Assembly (NCBI GenBank): GCA_946535445.1
Contig: CAMNDN010000002.1
Location: 5,831-69,830 of the forward strand
Length of the DNA: 64,000 nucleotides
Reading direction: 5' to 3'
DNA from: an uncultured Lachnospiraceae bacterium
GTDB lineage: Bacteria > Bacillota > Clostridia > Lachnospirales > Lachnospiraceae
Shown: positions 10,220-20,009 of the stretch, one piece after another
Numbering within the stretch: the stretch's first letter is position 1
Layout of the letters: every line of letters begins with the position of its first letter
Position numbers and translations under genes: made by a program
Notes under the pieces: generated by a model
What the model saw: the letters and a program-made list of their open reading frames with translations, nothing else
What the model was told of the DNA's origin: nothing
Databases searched by the model: none

Positions 10220-11917
10220 TTAGAAAAGTCCTGTAATTTTTCCGTTGATATCGATATCGATTTTCTCAGCTGCCGGGTGTTTAGGAAGTCCGGGCATCGT
10301 CATGATATCACCGGTAAGAGCAACGATGAAACCTGCTCCTGCGGATACCTTAAGATTTCTGACAGTGATGTCGAAATCGGAAGGCGCGCCTAATTTGGAA
10401 GCATCATCGCTGAAGCTGTACTGAGTTTTGGCAACACAGATCGGCATACCGCCGAATCCGAGATCGGTGAGCTGCTTTGCCTGTTTCTGAGCATTCGGTG
10501 TGAGGACCGCCTTGTTGCCGTGATAAATCTTTGTTGCGAGTGCGTCCAGTTTCTCCTGAATCGTCATATCGGATTCATAAGCATAGGTGAATTTCTCACG
10601 AAGGTTCTCTTTTTCGCTCTGATCGCAGAGAGAAACGACCTGCTCTGCTAGAGCGATTCCGCCCTCTCCGCCCTTGGCCCATACTTCGGAGAGAGCAACG
10701 TTGACCCCGGCTTTCCTGCATTCCTCCTCGACCAGGTCGAGCTCGGCCTTCGTGTCTGTCGGGAATGCGTTGATGGCAACTACGCATGGCAGATGATATA
10801 CATCCGTAATATTGTGAACATGCTGCATAAGGTTCGGAAGTCCTTTTTTCAGGGCTTCGAGATCCTCTGTCATAAGTTCGGTCTTCGGAAGTCCGCCATG
10901 CATCTTAAGAGCTCTGACAGTTGCGACAACGACGACTGCGGATGGAACAAGTCCGCCCATACGGCATTTGATGTCAAGGAATTTCTCGGCACCCAGATCG
11001 GCACCGAAGCCTGCCTCCGTAACAGCATAATCCGCAAGCTTTAAGGCTGTCTTCGTTGCTCTGACGGAGTTGCATCCGTGGGCGATATTTGCAAACGGTC
11101 CTCCGTGAACAATCGCCGGTGTGTGTTCGAGAGTCTGTACGAGGTTGGGCTTTAAAGCATCCTTCAAGAGAGCCGTCATGGCGCCCTGTGCTTTCAGATC
11201 GCCGGCAGTGACCGGTTTCTGTGTGGCAAGTGTTCCGTAAGTATATCCGATAATGATTTTTGAAAGACGTTCTTTGAGATCGGCAAGATCATCCGCAAGA
11301 CAGAGGACTGCCATGATCTCGGAAGCGACCGTGATATCGAAACCGTCCTCTCTGGGCATCCCGTTCGGTTTTCCGCCAAGACCGTCAACAATCATTCTGA
11401 GCTGGCGGTCGTTCATATCAACGCATCTTTTCCAGGTGATTTTTCTCGGATCGATTCCCAGTTCATTCCCCTGCTGGATGTGGTTATCAATCATAGCTGC
11501 AAGAAGGTTATTGGCTGCACCGATCGCGTGGAAGTCACCGGTGAAATGAAGATTAATATCTTCCATCGGAACGACCTGTGCATATCCGCCGCCTGCAGCG
11601 CCGCCCTTAATGCCGAAGACCGGGCCGAGTGACGGCTCACGAAGCGCAACGACAACATTCTTTCCGATTCTGCGCATACCGTCAGCCAGACCGACAGTCG
11701 TTGTTGTCTTGCCTTCTCCGGCAGGTGTCGGTGTGATTGCTGTGACCAGAATCAGATGTCCATCTTTCATCGCGTCAGATCCGGGTATGGAATCCGTGTT
11801 GATCTTGGCTTTATAATTTCCGTAAAGCTCAAGTGCTTCCTCGGGAATACCCGCGGTCTTTGCTACTTCCGTGATCTTCTGCATTACATTTTCCTGAGCG
11901 ATTTCAATATCAGTCAA
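10220..11917 (-). CDS. fhs: Formate--tetrahydrofolate ligase
   Basis: [46 protein letters not shown]. Confidence 0.98.
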   Translation of the reverse strand: MTDIEIAQENVMQKITEVAKTAGIPEEALELYGNYKAKINTDSIPGSDAMKDGHLILVTAITPTPAGEGKTTTTVGLADGMRRIGKNVVVALREPSLGPVFGIKGGAAGGGYAQVVPMEDINLHFTGDFHAIGAANNLLAAMIDNHIQQGNELGIDPRKITWKRCVDMNDRQLRMIVDGLGGKPNGMPREDGFDITVASEIMAVLCLADDLADLKERLSKIIIGYTYGTLATQKPVTAGDLKAQGAMTALLKDALKPNLVQTLEHTPAIVHGGPFANIAHGCNSVRATKTALKLADYAVTEAGFGADLGAEKFLDIKCRMGGLVPSAVVVVATVRALKMHGGLPKTELMTEDLEALKKGLPNLMQHVHNITDVYHLPCVVAINAFPTDTKAELDLVEEECRKAGVNVALSEVWAKGGEGGIALAEQVVSLCDQSEKENLREKFTYAYESDMTIQEKLDALATKIYHGNKAVLTPNAQKQAKQLTDLGFGGMPICVAKTQYSFSDDASKLGAPSDFDITVRNLKVSAGAGFIVALTGDIMTMPGLPKHPAAEKIDIDINGKITGLF

Positions 11918-12050
11918 GTGCCTATCCTCCGTTCAATGAATAGATTTAATAATTACAAAACATGTTCATGTTATCATTCCACTATAGACATTGTCCATAG
12001 AAAATTATTGTTGGGAATAATACGCTCTGTTAAAGTTCTGTCGGAAGCAA

Positions 12051-12926
12051 TCATTTTCTGTAAGCCAGACCGCAGTTCCTGCATATTTCAAGAACAGCGT
12101 CCGCTTTATTCAGAGAATAGAAATGTACTCCGTTTATTCCGAGTGCCATATATTCATAGATCATTTCTGTTGAGTACTCGATGCCATACTTGCGGAAATC
12201 TTCATCCGAATCGTTGTAATGCCTGGAAATTAATTCCGCCAGTGGCTGAGGAATCGAGCAGCCGTTCATGGAAAGACACATTTTGATGATGGAATTCTTA
12301 TTAAGTACCGGCATGATCCCCACATCGATCGGAATAGTTACCCCGGTCTTTCGAATGGTGTCCATCCATCTCTTGAATCGCTCAACGTCGTAACAGAGCT
12401 GTGTCATAAGAAAATCTGCACCGGCATCCTGTTTCATGCGCAGGTGGGCAATATCTTCCGCAAATGTTTTCGCCTCAATATGTTTTTCCGGCGCCCCTGC
12501 CATTCCGATCACAAAACGATCTCCGTACTCTTCTCTCAGGAAAGCGATCAGTTCGCTGGCATGTGAAAAATCTCCCCGTGTACCTTCCCATCCCTGAGGG
12601 ATATCACCTCGCAGAGCAAGCAGATTATCGATTCCCAGTTCAAGACATCTGTCCATCTGACGGCGTATATCATCTCTGGTATTGCCGATGCACGTGAAAT
12701 GAGAAAGTGCCATTGTTTTTCCAGAATCATGGATCGACTTACAGATTTCCATATGTCTGCCTGCATTGGTACCGCCTGCGCCGTATGTACAGCTGATAAA
12801 ATCTGGCTGCATGGTATATAACTTGTCAAGTACTTTCATCAACGGGTCAAGCGGCTTATCCTGTTTCGGCGGAAATACTTCAAAAGATACACTCATCCTT
12901 TGTTTCATAATATCCGGAATTCTCAT
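12051..12926 (-). CDS. metF: Methylenetetrahydrofolate reductase
   Basis: SFEVFPPK, TYGAGG, HFTC, LALRGD, GADFLMTQ, HFYSLN. Confidence 0.95.
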   Translation of the reverse strand: MRIPDIMKQRMSVSFEVFPPKQDKPLDPLMKVLDKLYTMQPDFISCTYGAGGTNAGRHMEICKSIHDSGKTMALSHFTCIGNTRDDIRRQMDRCLELGIDNLLALRGDIPQGWEGTRGDFSHASELIAFLREEYGDRFVIGMAGAPEKHIEAKTFAEDIAHLRMKQDAGADFLMTQLCYDVERFKRWMDTIRKTGVTIPIDVGIMPVLNKNSIIKMCLSMNGCSIPQPLAELISRHYNDSDEDFRKYGIEYSTEMIYEYMALGINGVHFYSLNKADAVLEICRNCGLAYRK

Positions 12927-13085
12927 AACAGCCCCCCTTTAAAAGATTTGAATTAATGATAACAGCTTTCCGGTCTAAATGTAAACCACTTTGCGTAAAA
13001 GTTTCTTAATATTTACTTATAACTCTGGTCATATCTTTATGATAAGGTACATATGTTTTTTATTTTCTTTACGGAAAGGATTTTT

Positions 13086-13913
13086 ATGGCTTATTATTAT
13101 AATCTAAATTCCGGATATCAGATGCCGCTTCTCGGACTCGGCATGAATAAAATAACGTCACCTGATGAGGTCCAGCAGACAATAGCGGATGCGGTAAGTA
13201 TGGGCTATCGTCTGATTGATACAGCATCTTCCTTCAAGAACGAGGCTGATGTGGGAGAAGGCATAAAGAACTGTGGTATTCCCAGAGAAGAGTTGTTCAT
13301 CACAACGAAAATATGGAACACGGCTCAGAGAATAGGGAATATAGAAGATGCATTCAACCGCAGCCTCGAACGTCTCGGTCTGGATTATATAGATCTCTAT
13401 CTGATTCAATGGCCTATTCCCGGGTGTTCTCTTGAAACCTGGCAGGTCATGGAGAAGATTTATCGGTCCGGCAGGGCCCGCTCGATAGGAGTATCCAATT
13501 TTACGGAGTATGATCTGAAGGTCCTCATGGAAAACTCGGAAATTATTCCCGCTGTCAATCAGATAGAATTTCACCCTCTGTATAACAGGACAGGTCTTGT
13601 AGACTTCTGCCTGCAGCACGACATAGCTGTTCAGGCTTATGCGCCCCTTGCCCACGGAGAATATCTGTCACGCGATATACTTACAAAACTTGCTGAAAAA
13701 TACAATCGAAGCGAAGCGCAGATAGGTCTTCGTTGGATTCTTCAGCATGGATGCGGCGTTATTCCAAAAACTGTCCGGATCGACCGTCTTCTGGAGAACA
13801 GCCAGATATTTGATTTTGATCTCTCAAGCATTGAAATGTCCGCTATTGATACGATGAACGAAAATTATCGGGTGACCAGTATCCCCGATGATATCATGGA
13901 AAATCTCGTGTAA
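13086..13913 (+). CDS. Aldo/keto reductase family protein with atypical active site
   Basis: GYRLIDTA, ELFITTK, SIGVSNF, NQIEFHP, IPK; start after GGAAAGGA. Confidence 0.9.
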   Translation: MAYYYNLNSGYQMPLLGLGMNKITSPDEVQQTIADAVSMGYRLIDTASSFKNEADVGEGIKNCGIPREELFITTKIWNTAQRIGNIEDAFNRSLERLGLDYIDLYLIQWPIPGCSLETWQVMEKIYRSGRARSIGVSNFTEYDLKVLMENSEIIPAVNQIEFHPLYNRTGLVDFCLQHDIAVQAYAPLAHGEYLSRDILTKLAEKYNRSEAQIGLRWILQHGCGVIPKTVRIDRLLENSQIFDFDLSSIEMSAIDTMNENYRVTSIPDDIMENLV

Positions 13914-13978
13914 AAAAACCGCAGATGAATGAAAGCCGATCACGTAAGATCAGAAAATTTCATTCATCTGCGGTTTTT
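13914..13978. terminator. Bidirectional terminator / 21-bp perfect inverted repeat between convergent genes
   Basis: AAAAACCGCAGATGAATGAAA-23 nt-TTTCATTCATCTGCGGTTTTT. Confidence 0.75.
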
Positions 13979-14054
13979 AAGGTCTGTTCATTCTCAGCCG
14001 GCGTTGATCCGGATCCCGAAGCTTTCAATCAAGAAGGAAATGGCGTATGGTCTC

Positions 14055-15080
14055 TTATTTCCAGCTCTCGGGAAGATCCTCATACTGAAGGGAAATCTCA
14101 CTTTTCTTATCTCTCAGCATCAGATCTCTAACGCCGTCCTGCGGATTCATTCCATTAAAAAGAACTTCATTCACTACTTTTGTGATCGGAAGCTCGACAT
14201 CATATTTTTCGGAAAGAGCAAGAGCAGCCTTCGCTGAGTAGACACCTTCAACGACCTGTCCGACCTCTTTCATGGCCTCATCCATCGTTCGTCCCTGCCC
14301 TATGAGAATGCCGGCTCTTCTGTTGCGGCTGTGCATGGAAGCACAGGTAACAATCAAATCGCCGATACCGGAGAGGCCCTGAAGCGTTTCTACTCTGGCA
14401 CCCATCTTAATGGCAAGTCCGCCGATTTCGTGGATACCTCTTGTGATGAGGGCAGCCTTTACGTTATCCCCGTAACCCATTCCATCCGCCATACCTGCGG
14501 CCAGAGCAATTACATTCTTGAGCGAGCCCCCCAGCTCGACGCCCAGTACATCCGGACTTGTATAGACTCTGAAGACCGGATTCATAAAGACTTCCTGAAC
14601 ATATTCCGCCATCTTTCTGTCATAGGAGGCAGATACGATCGCAGTCGGAAGACCGATAATGACCTCCTCTGCATGGGTCGGGCCCGACAGGGCCCCGATT
14701 GTTGCACTCGGCAGGATCTCTTCAAGGATCTCCGCCTGTGTAAGAAGTGTCTCTTCCTCGATTCCTTTCGTAACCGTGACGATTTTCTGTCCGTTCTTTA
14801 TATACGGTACCATCTTCTTTGCGGTAGTTCTTGTAAAAGGGGAAGCGACGGCCATGACGACCAGTTCTTTTTCGCTGAGCACTTCTTCCATATCCGATGT
14901 GAAAGTCAGCGTATCCGGCAGTATGACGTTTGGAAGGTTCGGCTGAACGTGTGTCCGTGAAAGATTATCCGCCTCTTCTTTGAAGGGACTCCACATTTTC
15001 ACTGTGTTGCCATTTGTGCAAAGAAGCCTTGCCAGCCCGGTTCCCCATGTTCCGGATCCAATAACAGCAATATTCGCCAT
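14055..15080 (-). CDS. gpsA: NAD(P)H-dependent glycerol-3-phosphate dehydrogenase
   Basis: GSGTWG, SGPTHA, GGSLKNVIA, GDLIVTC..SRN. Confidence 0.96.
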   Translation of the reverse strand: MANIAVIGSGTWGTGLARLLCTNGNTVKMWSPFKEEADNLSRTHVQPNLPNVILPDTLTFTSDMEEVLSEKELVVMAVASPFTRTTAKKMVPYIKNGQKIVTVTKGIEEETLLTQAEILEEILPSATIGALSGPTHAEEVIIGLPTAIVSASYDRKMAEYVQEVFMNPVFRVYTSPDVLGVELGGSLKNVIALAAGMADGMGYGDNVKAALITRGIHEIGGLAIKMGARVETLQGLSGIGDLIVTCASMHSRNRRAGILIGQGRTMDEAMKEVGQVVEGVYSAKAALALSEKYDVELPITKVVNEVLFNGMNPQDGVRDLMLRDKKSEISLQYEDLPESWK

Positions 15081-15138
15081 AATAAATCTCCTTATAAAAT
15101 TTGCTTACATGATTGTTCTGTTATGTGCCTTACTTCTA

Positions 15139-15795
15139 TCAGACTTTATTCTTCTTAAATATATAGGTCTTTCTCTCCGTTCCGCTTAACAGTCTTCCGA
15201 TGTTGCCTCTGTGCTGGTACCAGGCAAGCGCGACGACAAAAGCGATCACAATATAGATTTCCCTAAGATATTCCGGAGGAACGCCGAGTTTTCCGGTCTG
15301 TCCCATGATGACGGTAACGATCAGAAAGCTCAGAACGCCTAACAGACTGCTCAGGGAAACATAGTGCGTAGTCGCAAGGATCAGGAAAAAGACGGCCATG
15401 CAGAACAGGAATACACGGATATCAAAAACCGCAAGAAGACCTGCCAGGCAGGCAATGCCTTTGCCGCCTCGAAACTGCATATAACACGGAAAACAGTGTC
15501 CGAGGACCGCACCGACACCCGCATAAAGCCCCAGTAATTTTCCCGGGATACCGCTCCCGGAAAACAGGAAAGAAGCAACCAGGAAAGCAAGGACGCACTT
15601 CAGAACATCTCCTATAAGAACAATTGCTCCGGCCTTCTTTCCGAGTACGCGTAAGGCGTTGGTGGTCCCTGCATTACCGGATCCTTTCGTACGAATATCA
15701 ATTCCCTGGGTCTTACCGTATATATAGGCTGTCTGGAACAGACCGAAACAGTAACCGATCACAAGACATGCCAGTCTTACTGCAAATGCGCTCAT
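15139..15795 (-). CDS. plsY: Glycerol-3-phosphate acyltransferase
   Basis: DIRTKGSGNAGTTN, GHCFP..FRGGKG, HRGNI; der-plsY-gpsA synteny. Confidence 0.95.
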   Translation of the reverse strand: MSAFAVRLACLVIGYCFGLFQTAYIYGKTQGIDIRTKGSGNAGTTNALRVLGKKAGAIVLIGDVLKCVLAFLVASFLFSGSGIPGKLLGLYAGVGAVLGHCFPCYMQFRGGKGIACLAGLLAVFDIRVFLFCMAVFFLILATTHYVSLSSLLGVLSFLIVTVIMGQTGKLGVPPEYLREIYIVIAFVVALAWYQHRGNIGRLLSGTERKTYIFKKNKV

Positions 15796-15823
15796 CTCCA
15801 CCTCCAAATGGATCAAATAGTTA

Positions 15824-17152
15824 TTATTTATCGTTCTCGCTGCGCTCTCTTATTATGAATTTAAGCGAAGTTCCTCTGAAATCAAATGATTCCCGGATCT
15901 TATTCTCAATATATCTCTGATAAGAGAAATGCATCAGCTTCTTATCGTTGACAAATATGACAAAAGTCGGGGGTACGACAGCAACCTGCGTCATGTAGAA
16001 CAGTTTCAGTCTCTTGCCCTTGTCCGTAGGCGGAGAATTCAGGGCGACGGCTTCCGTCATGATCTGATTCAGAATACCCGTCTGGATTCTTCTGTTCTGA
16101 TTCGTGAGGACCAGTTCGATAGCGTCAAAAAGTTTCGGCAGCCTCTGCCCCGTCTCTGCGGAGACAAAAAGTATTTCCGCGTACGGCATATAGGAGAGAA
16201 TATTGCGGATCTTATTGGAATACTCTTTTGTTGTGTGCGTATCTTTTTCGATTGCATCCCATTTATTGACCGCGATGACGATGCCTTTGCCCCGCTCGTG
16301 TGCGATACCGGCAATTTTGGCGTCCTGTTCGGAAATACCTTCCACAGCATCGATGACAATAACGACAACATCCGCTCTCTCTACAGCAGTGACCGTACGG
16401 ATTATGCTGTATCGCTCGAGTTCTTCCTTAATTTTACTCTTTCTTCTGAGTCCTGCGGTATCAACGAAAATGTAATCTTTACCGTTCCATTTTACAGGGG
16501 TATCGATGGCGTCCCGCGTTGTTCCGGCAATATCAGAGACGATGACTCTGCTCTCTCCGAGAAGCTTATTGATGATACTCGATTTACCGACATTCGGCTT
16601 ACCGACGACTGCTATTCTGGGGATCTTCGTATCCTCTTCCTCGTAGGATGTCTCATCAAAATACCTTGTCACCTCATCCAGCATATCACCGATCCCCTGT
16701 CGGTTCGCGCTGGAGATTGGAAGCGGATCTCCGAGTCCGAGACCATAAAATTCATAAACATCTGCCTGCTGCTTGATAAAGCTGTCTACTTTGTTAACTG
16801 CCAGAACGACCGGTTTGTGGGATCTTCTTAAAATATCAGCAACACGGGAATCCGCATCAACCATACCGTCTCTTGCGTCGACCATAAAGATGATGACATC
16901 CGCCGTATCAATCGCTATCTGCGCCTGCTCTCTCATCTGACGGAGCAATATATCATTGGATTCCGGTTCGATGCCGCCTGTATCGATCAGCGTGAAGTCA
17001 TAACCGGTCCAGTTGACTTCAGCATAAATCCGGTCTCTTGTAACGCCGGGAGTATCCTTAACAATGGAAATATTCTCTCCGCAAAGGGCATTGAACAGAG
17101 TGGATTTTCCAACATTGGGACGTCCGACAATTGCAACTATCGGTTTACTCAT
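15824..17152 (-). CDS. der: Ribosome biogenesis GTPase Der (EngA)
   Basis: Two G domains: GRPNVGKS and GKPNVGKS, DTGG and DTAG, NKVD and NKWD. Confidence 0.98.
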   Translation of the reverse strand: MSKPIVAIVGRPNVGKSTLFNALCGENISIVKDTPGVTRDRIYAEVNWTGYDFTLIDTGGIEPESNDILLRQMREQAQIAIDTADVIIFMVDARDGMVDADSRVADILRRSHKPVVLAVNKVDSFIKQQADVYEFYGLGLGDPLPISSANRQGIGDMLDEVTRYFDETSYEEEDTKIPRIAVVGKPNVGKSSIINKLLGESRVIVSDIAGTTRDAIDTPVKWNGKDYIFVDTAGLRRKSKIKEELERYSIIRTVTAVERADVVVIVIDAVEGISEQDAKIAGIAHERGKGIVIAVNKWDAIEKDTHTTKEYSNKIRNILSYMPYAEILFVSAETGQRLPKLFDAIELVLTNQNRRIQTGILNQIMTEAVALNSPPTDKGKRLKLFYMTQVAVVPPTFVIFVNDKKLMHFSYQRYIENKIRESFDFRGTSLKFIIRERSENDK

Positions 17153-17164
17153 ATTTAAAACACC

Positions 17165-18559
17165 TCAACTCTCATAAACCTGTCTTTGACCTTGTTTCGG
17201 CTCGGACAGTCCAAGGACCGCACGGACAAAATTATTTCCGCCGGACCATACAACACGTACCGGAATTCCGAGCTCACGCTCTACATCGTCTGTCGTGAGA
17301 TCATCCAGAAAAACCTTTTCACCGCTTCTAAGCATATTTACGGGAATGAGCAGTTCCTCTCCGAGAGGATCCGCATCCGGAGAACTGATTATCAGTTCTT
17401 TTAGCTGCGCGATAAGATCCTGCCCGGTGATAAGACCGCTCACAGTGATTCGTTCACCAAAAAAATCATTTCGAATCGCCTGGACTTTGATCTCAATCTG
17501 CGGGAATTTCTCCATTACCCATTCAGAAAACATCTTCAGATAGTCACGGATCAGCATTCCTGTGACGACCGTAATCTTTCGAGAGACTTCATGATCTGCA
17601 TACTCTGGATCTTCGAGCGCATTTCGAATCTCATTCTCCATCAGACGAACCATCCCGACACCGTTCTCAAGCTGGAGATACCCATCATATCTGTCTTCAT
17701 CCGGCAATTCTCTTCCCGCCAGAATGTACCATTCATCCGAAGCATGAATAAAATGAGGAGATGTGGTATCCGGGTCTTCTGCGGCAAACTTTTTCTGCCA
17801 TTTTTCAATCGTATCTATGACACACGATGCGGATTCTCTGTCAAATGGCATGAGTTTCGCCAGTCCGTCACGATACTTTGTGAGCCCGACCGGGACAACG
17901 GAAACACTCTGCATGGCCGGACGATATTCTGCCAGATCACGAATAGATCTCTCCAACTCATCTCCGTCGTTTATTCCTCTGCAAAGTACGATCTGGCCGT
18001 TCATAGTGATTCCTGCGTCTCTAAGCCTTCGCATTTTCGGAAAAATATCCCCCGCAAAGCGGTTTCCGAGCATTGTCCGCCTTAAGGCCGGATTCGTAGT
18101 ATGAACACTGATATTGATCGGCTCCATATGATAGCGAATGATCCTGTCGATATCCTTATCCCTCATGTTGGTGAGCGTAATATAATTGCCCTGCAGGAAA
18201 CTGAGTCTTGAATCATCATCCTTGAAATACAAAGTATCGCGCATACCCGGGGGCATCTGATCTATAAAACAGAAAATACATCTGTTACAGCAGCTGCGAT
18301 ACTCATCCATAAGAGAATTATCGAATTCGACTCCGAAATCTTCATCGAAATCTTTTTCGATCTCCAGAAGAGTTTCCTCCCCGCCGCCATCCCGGATCAG
18401 GACGGAAATCTCCGTATCTTCCATAAGATACTGGTAGTCGAATACATCTTCAATTTCCACGCCATTCACAGAGATGAGGTACATTCCGGGCTCAACACCC
18501 ATCTCCTCCGCTATGCTGTCCGGATTGACTTTTATGATTTTATGACCGCCAATGCGCAT
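17165..18559 (-). CDS. PDZ + radical-SAM-like DUF512 protein
   Basis: CxxxCxxC (CCNRCIFC), FKDDDSRLSFLQGNY, QLENGVG; upstream of der; start after AGGAG. Confidence 0.85.
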   Translation of the reverse strand: MRIGGHKIIKVNPDSIAEEMGVEPGMYLISVNGVEIEDVFDYQYLMEDTEISVLIRDGGGEETLLEIEKDFDEDFGVEFDNSLMDEYRSCCNRCIFCFIDQMPPGMRDTLYFKDDDSRLSFLQGNYITLTNMRDKDIDRIIRYHMEPINISVHTTNPALRRTMLGNRFAGDIFPKMRRLRDAGITMNGQIVLCRGINDGDELERSIRDLAEYRPAMQSVSVVPVGLTKYRDGLAKLMPFDRESASCVIDTIEKWQKKFAAEDPDTTSPHFIHASDEWYILAGRELPDEDRYDGYLQLENGVGMVRLMENEIRNALEDPEYADHEVSRKITVVTGMLIRDYLKMFSEWVMEKFPQIEIKVQAIRNDFFGERITVSGLITGQDLIAQLKELIISSPDADPLGEELLIPVNMLRSGEKVFLDDLTTDDVERELGIPVRVVWSGGNNFVRAVLGLSEPKQGQRQVYES

Positions 18560-18750
18560 GAATTCTCCTGAAAAAAGTGAAGATGCCTGTTGTGTCCGGG
18601 CCAAAGCAGCCCTGTTACTACGTTAATTTACCATTTTGAGTCCTTTTTGTAAACCATAAGAAAAGCACGCATTCTGTCTTTATTCTTGTTAATGTTCTGA
18701 TTTTGTGGTATAAGTGAAGTGATAGTGGAAACCAGATTTATCGGAGGATC

Positions 18751-19932
18751 ATGATGACTAAAACAGATAATCAGAAAAAACCGATTCCGGTAGCTCCTCT
18801 TAAGATTGTATATCTTAAAGGCAGTCAGGAAATGGCCAAAGCTGTAGACAACAATATTGTAAAGTCCAGAAAATCTCTGATGGCACACCGCAGTGATGTC
18901 GAATCCATTCCGGGATATGTTGAGCCAAGCTACCTTGTAAATACCAACTATTTCCGTTACGGTACCGGAGAAGGAAGGGTGACACTTGAAGATTCCGTAC
19001 GTGGTTCTGATTTGTTTATTATCGGAGACGTAACGAATTATTCTGTTACATTTAAAGTCTGCGGGAGAATCAATCATATGTCTCCTGACAATTATTTTCA
19101 GGATCTGAAAAGAGTTATCTCTGCTGCCAGCGGTCATGCCCATCGTATTAATGTTATTCTCCCGTTCCTGTACGAGAGCCGTCAGCATCGTCGTTCCGGG
19201 AGAGAATCGCTCGATGCCGCCATCGCACTTCGAGAGCTGGCTGATTACGGTGTTTCCAACATCATCACATTTGATGCACATGACCCCAGAGTCAGTGATG
19301 CGATCCCGCTCGTCAGCTTCGACAATTTTATGCCGACTTATCAGTTTTTAAAAGCACTCCTTAAATCTGTTCCGGATCTTGAGTTTGATAAAGACCATTT
19401 TATGGTCATCAGTCCGGACGAGGGAGCTACCGACAGAGCTGTCTATTTCTCGAATATCCTTGGAGCTGATATGGGAATGTTCTATAAGCGCCGTGACTAC
19501 TCCAGGATCGTGAACGGTAAGAATCCGATCGTAGCCCACGAATTCCTCGGTGATACGGTAGAAGGAAAAGACTGTGTTATCATTGATGACATGATCGCTT
19601 CCGGGGGATCCATGCTGGATGTATGTAAACAGATCAAGGCCCGCGGTGCGAGACGTGTTTTCATCTGTACGACGTTCGGTCTTTTCACAGAAGGAATCAA
19701 AAAATTTGATGAGTTCTATGAGCAGGGAATGTTTACCAAGCTGATCACCACGAACCTCACATACAGGCCGCCGGAACTGCTCAAGCGTGAGTATTACGTT
19801 CAGGCCAATATGTTTGATTACCTGTCAAGAATTATCGATACCTTGAATCATGATCAGTCAGTCGTGGCTGTAAAGAATACAACGACCAAGATTACCAATA
19901 TTCTTTCTCAGATTGCTGAAGAAGTAGAATGA
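18751..19932 (+). CDS. prs: Ribose-phosphate pyrophosphokinase
   Basis: PFLYESRQH, DAHD, SPDEG, IIDDMIASGGS. Confidence 0.93.
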   Translation: MMTKTDNQKKPIPVAPLKIVYLKGSQEMAKAVDNNIVKSRKSLMAHRSDVESIPGYVEPSYLVNTNYFRYGTGEGRVTLEDSVRGSDLFIIGDVTNYSVTFKVCGRINHMSPDNYFQDLKRVISAASGHAHRINVILPFLYESRQHRRSGRESLDAAIALRELADYGVSNIITFDAHDPRVSDAIPLVSFDNFMPTYQFLKALLKSVPDLEFDKDHFMVISPDEGATDRAVYFSNILGADMGMFYKRRDYSRIVNGKNPIVAHEFLGDTVEGKDCVIIDDMIASGGSMLDVCKQIKARGARRVFICTTFGLFTEGIKKFDEFYEQGMFTKLITTNLTYRPPELLKREYYVQANMFDYLSRIIDTLNHDQSVVAVKNTTTKITNILSQIAEEVE

Positions 19933-19951
19933 AGTTAAAATCTAACACAAG

Positions 19952-19995
19952 AAAAAAGAAGCGGGACAGTGAATCACTGCCCCGCCTTTTCTTTT
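19952..19995. terminator. Bidirectional terminator between prs and the EF-G paralog
   Basis: GCGGGACAGTG-aat-CACTGCCCCGC flanked by A and T tracts. Confidence 0.75.
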
Positions 19996-20009
19996 CTCTT
20001 TTATGTTGA

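Noticed and set aside
11918-12050. THF or ZTP riboswitch before fhs
   Set aside because: AT-rich spacer with no recognisable aptamer motifs or expression platform
15929-16831. Long antisense ORFs (here 300 aa; also 25140-25991, 54429-55295 and others)
   Set aside because: Shadow frames opposite well-supported genes, with no motifs or SD
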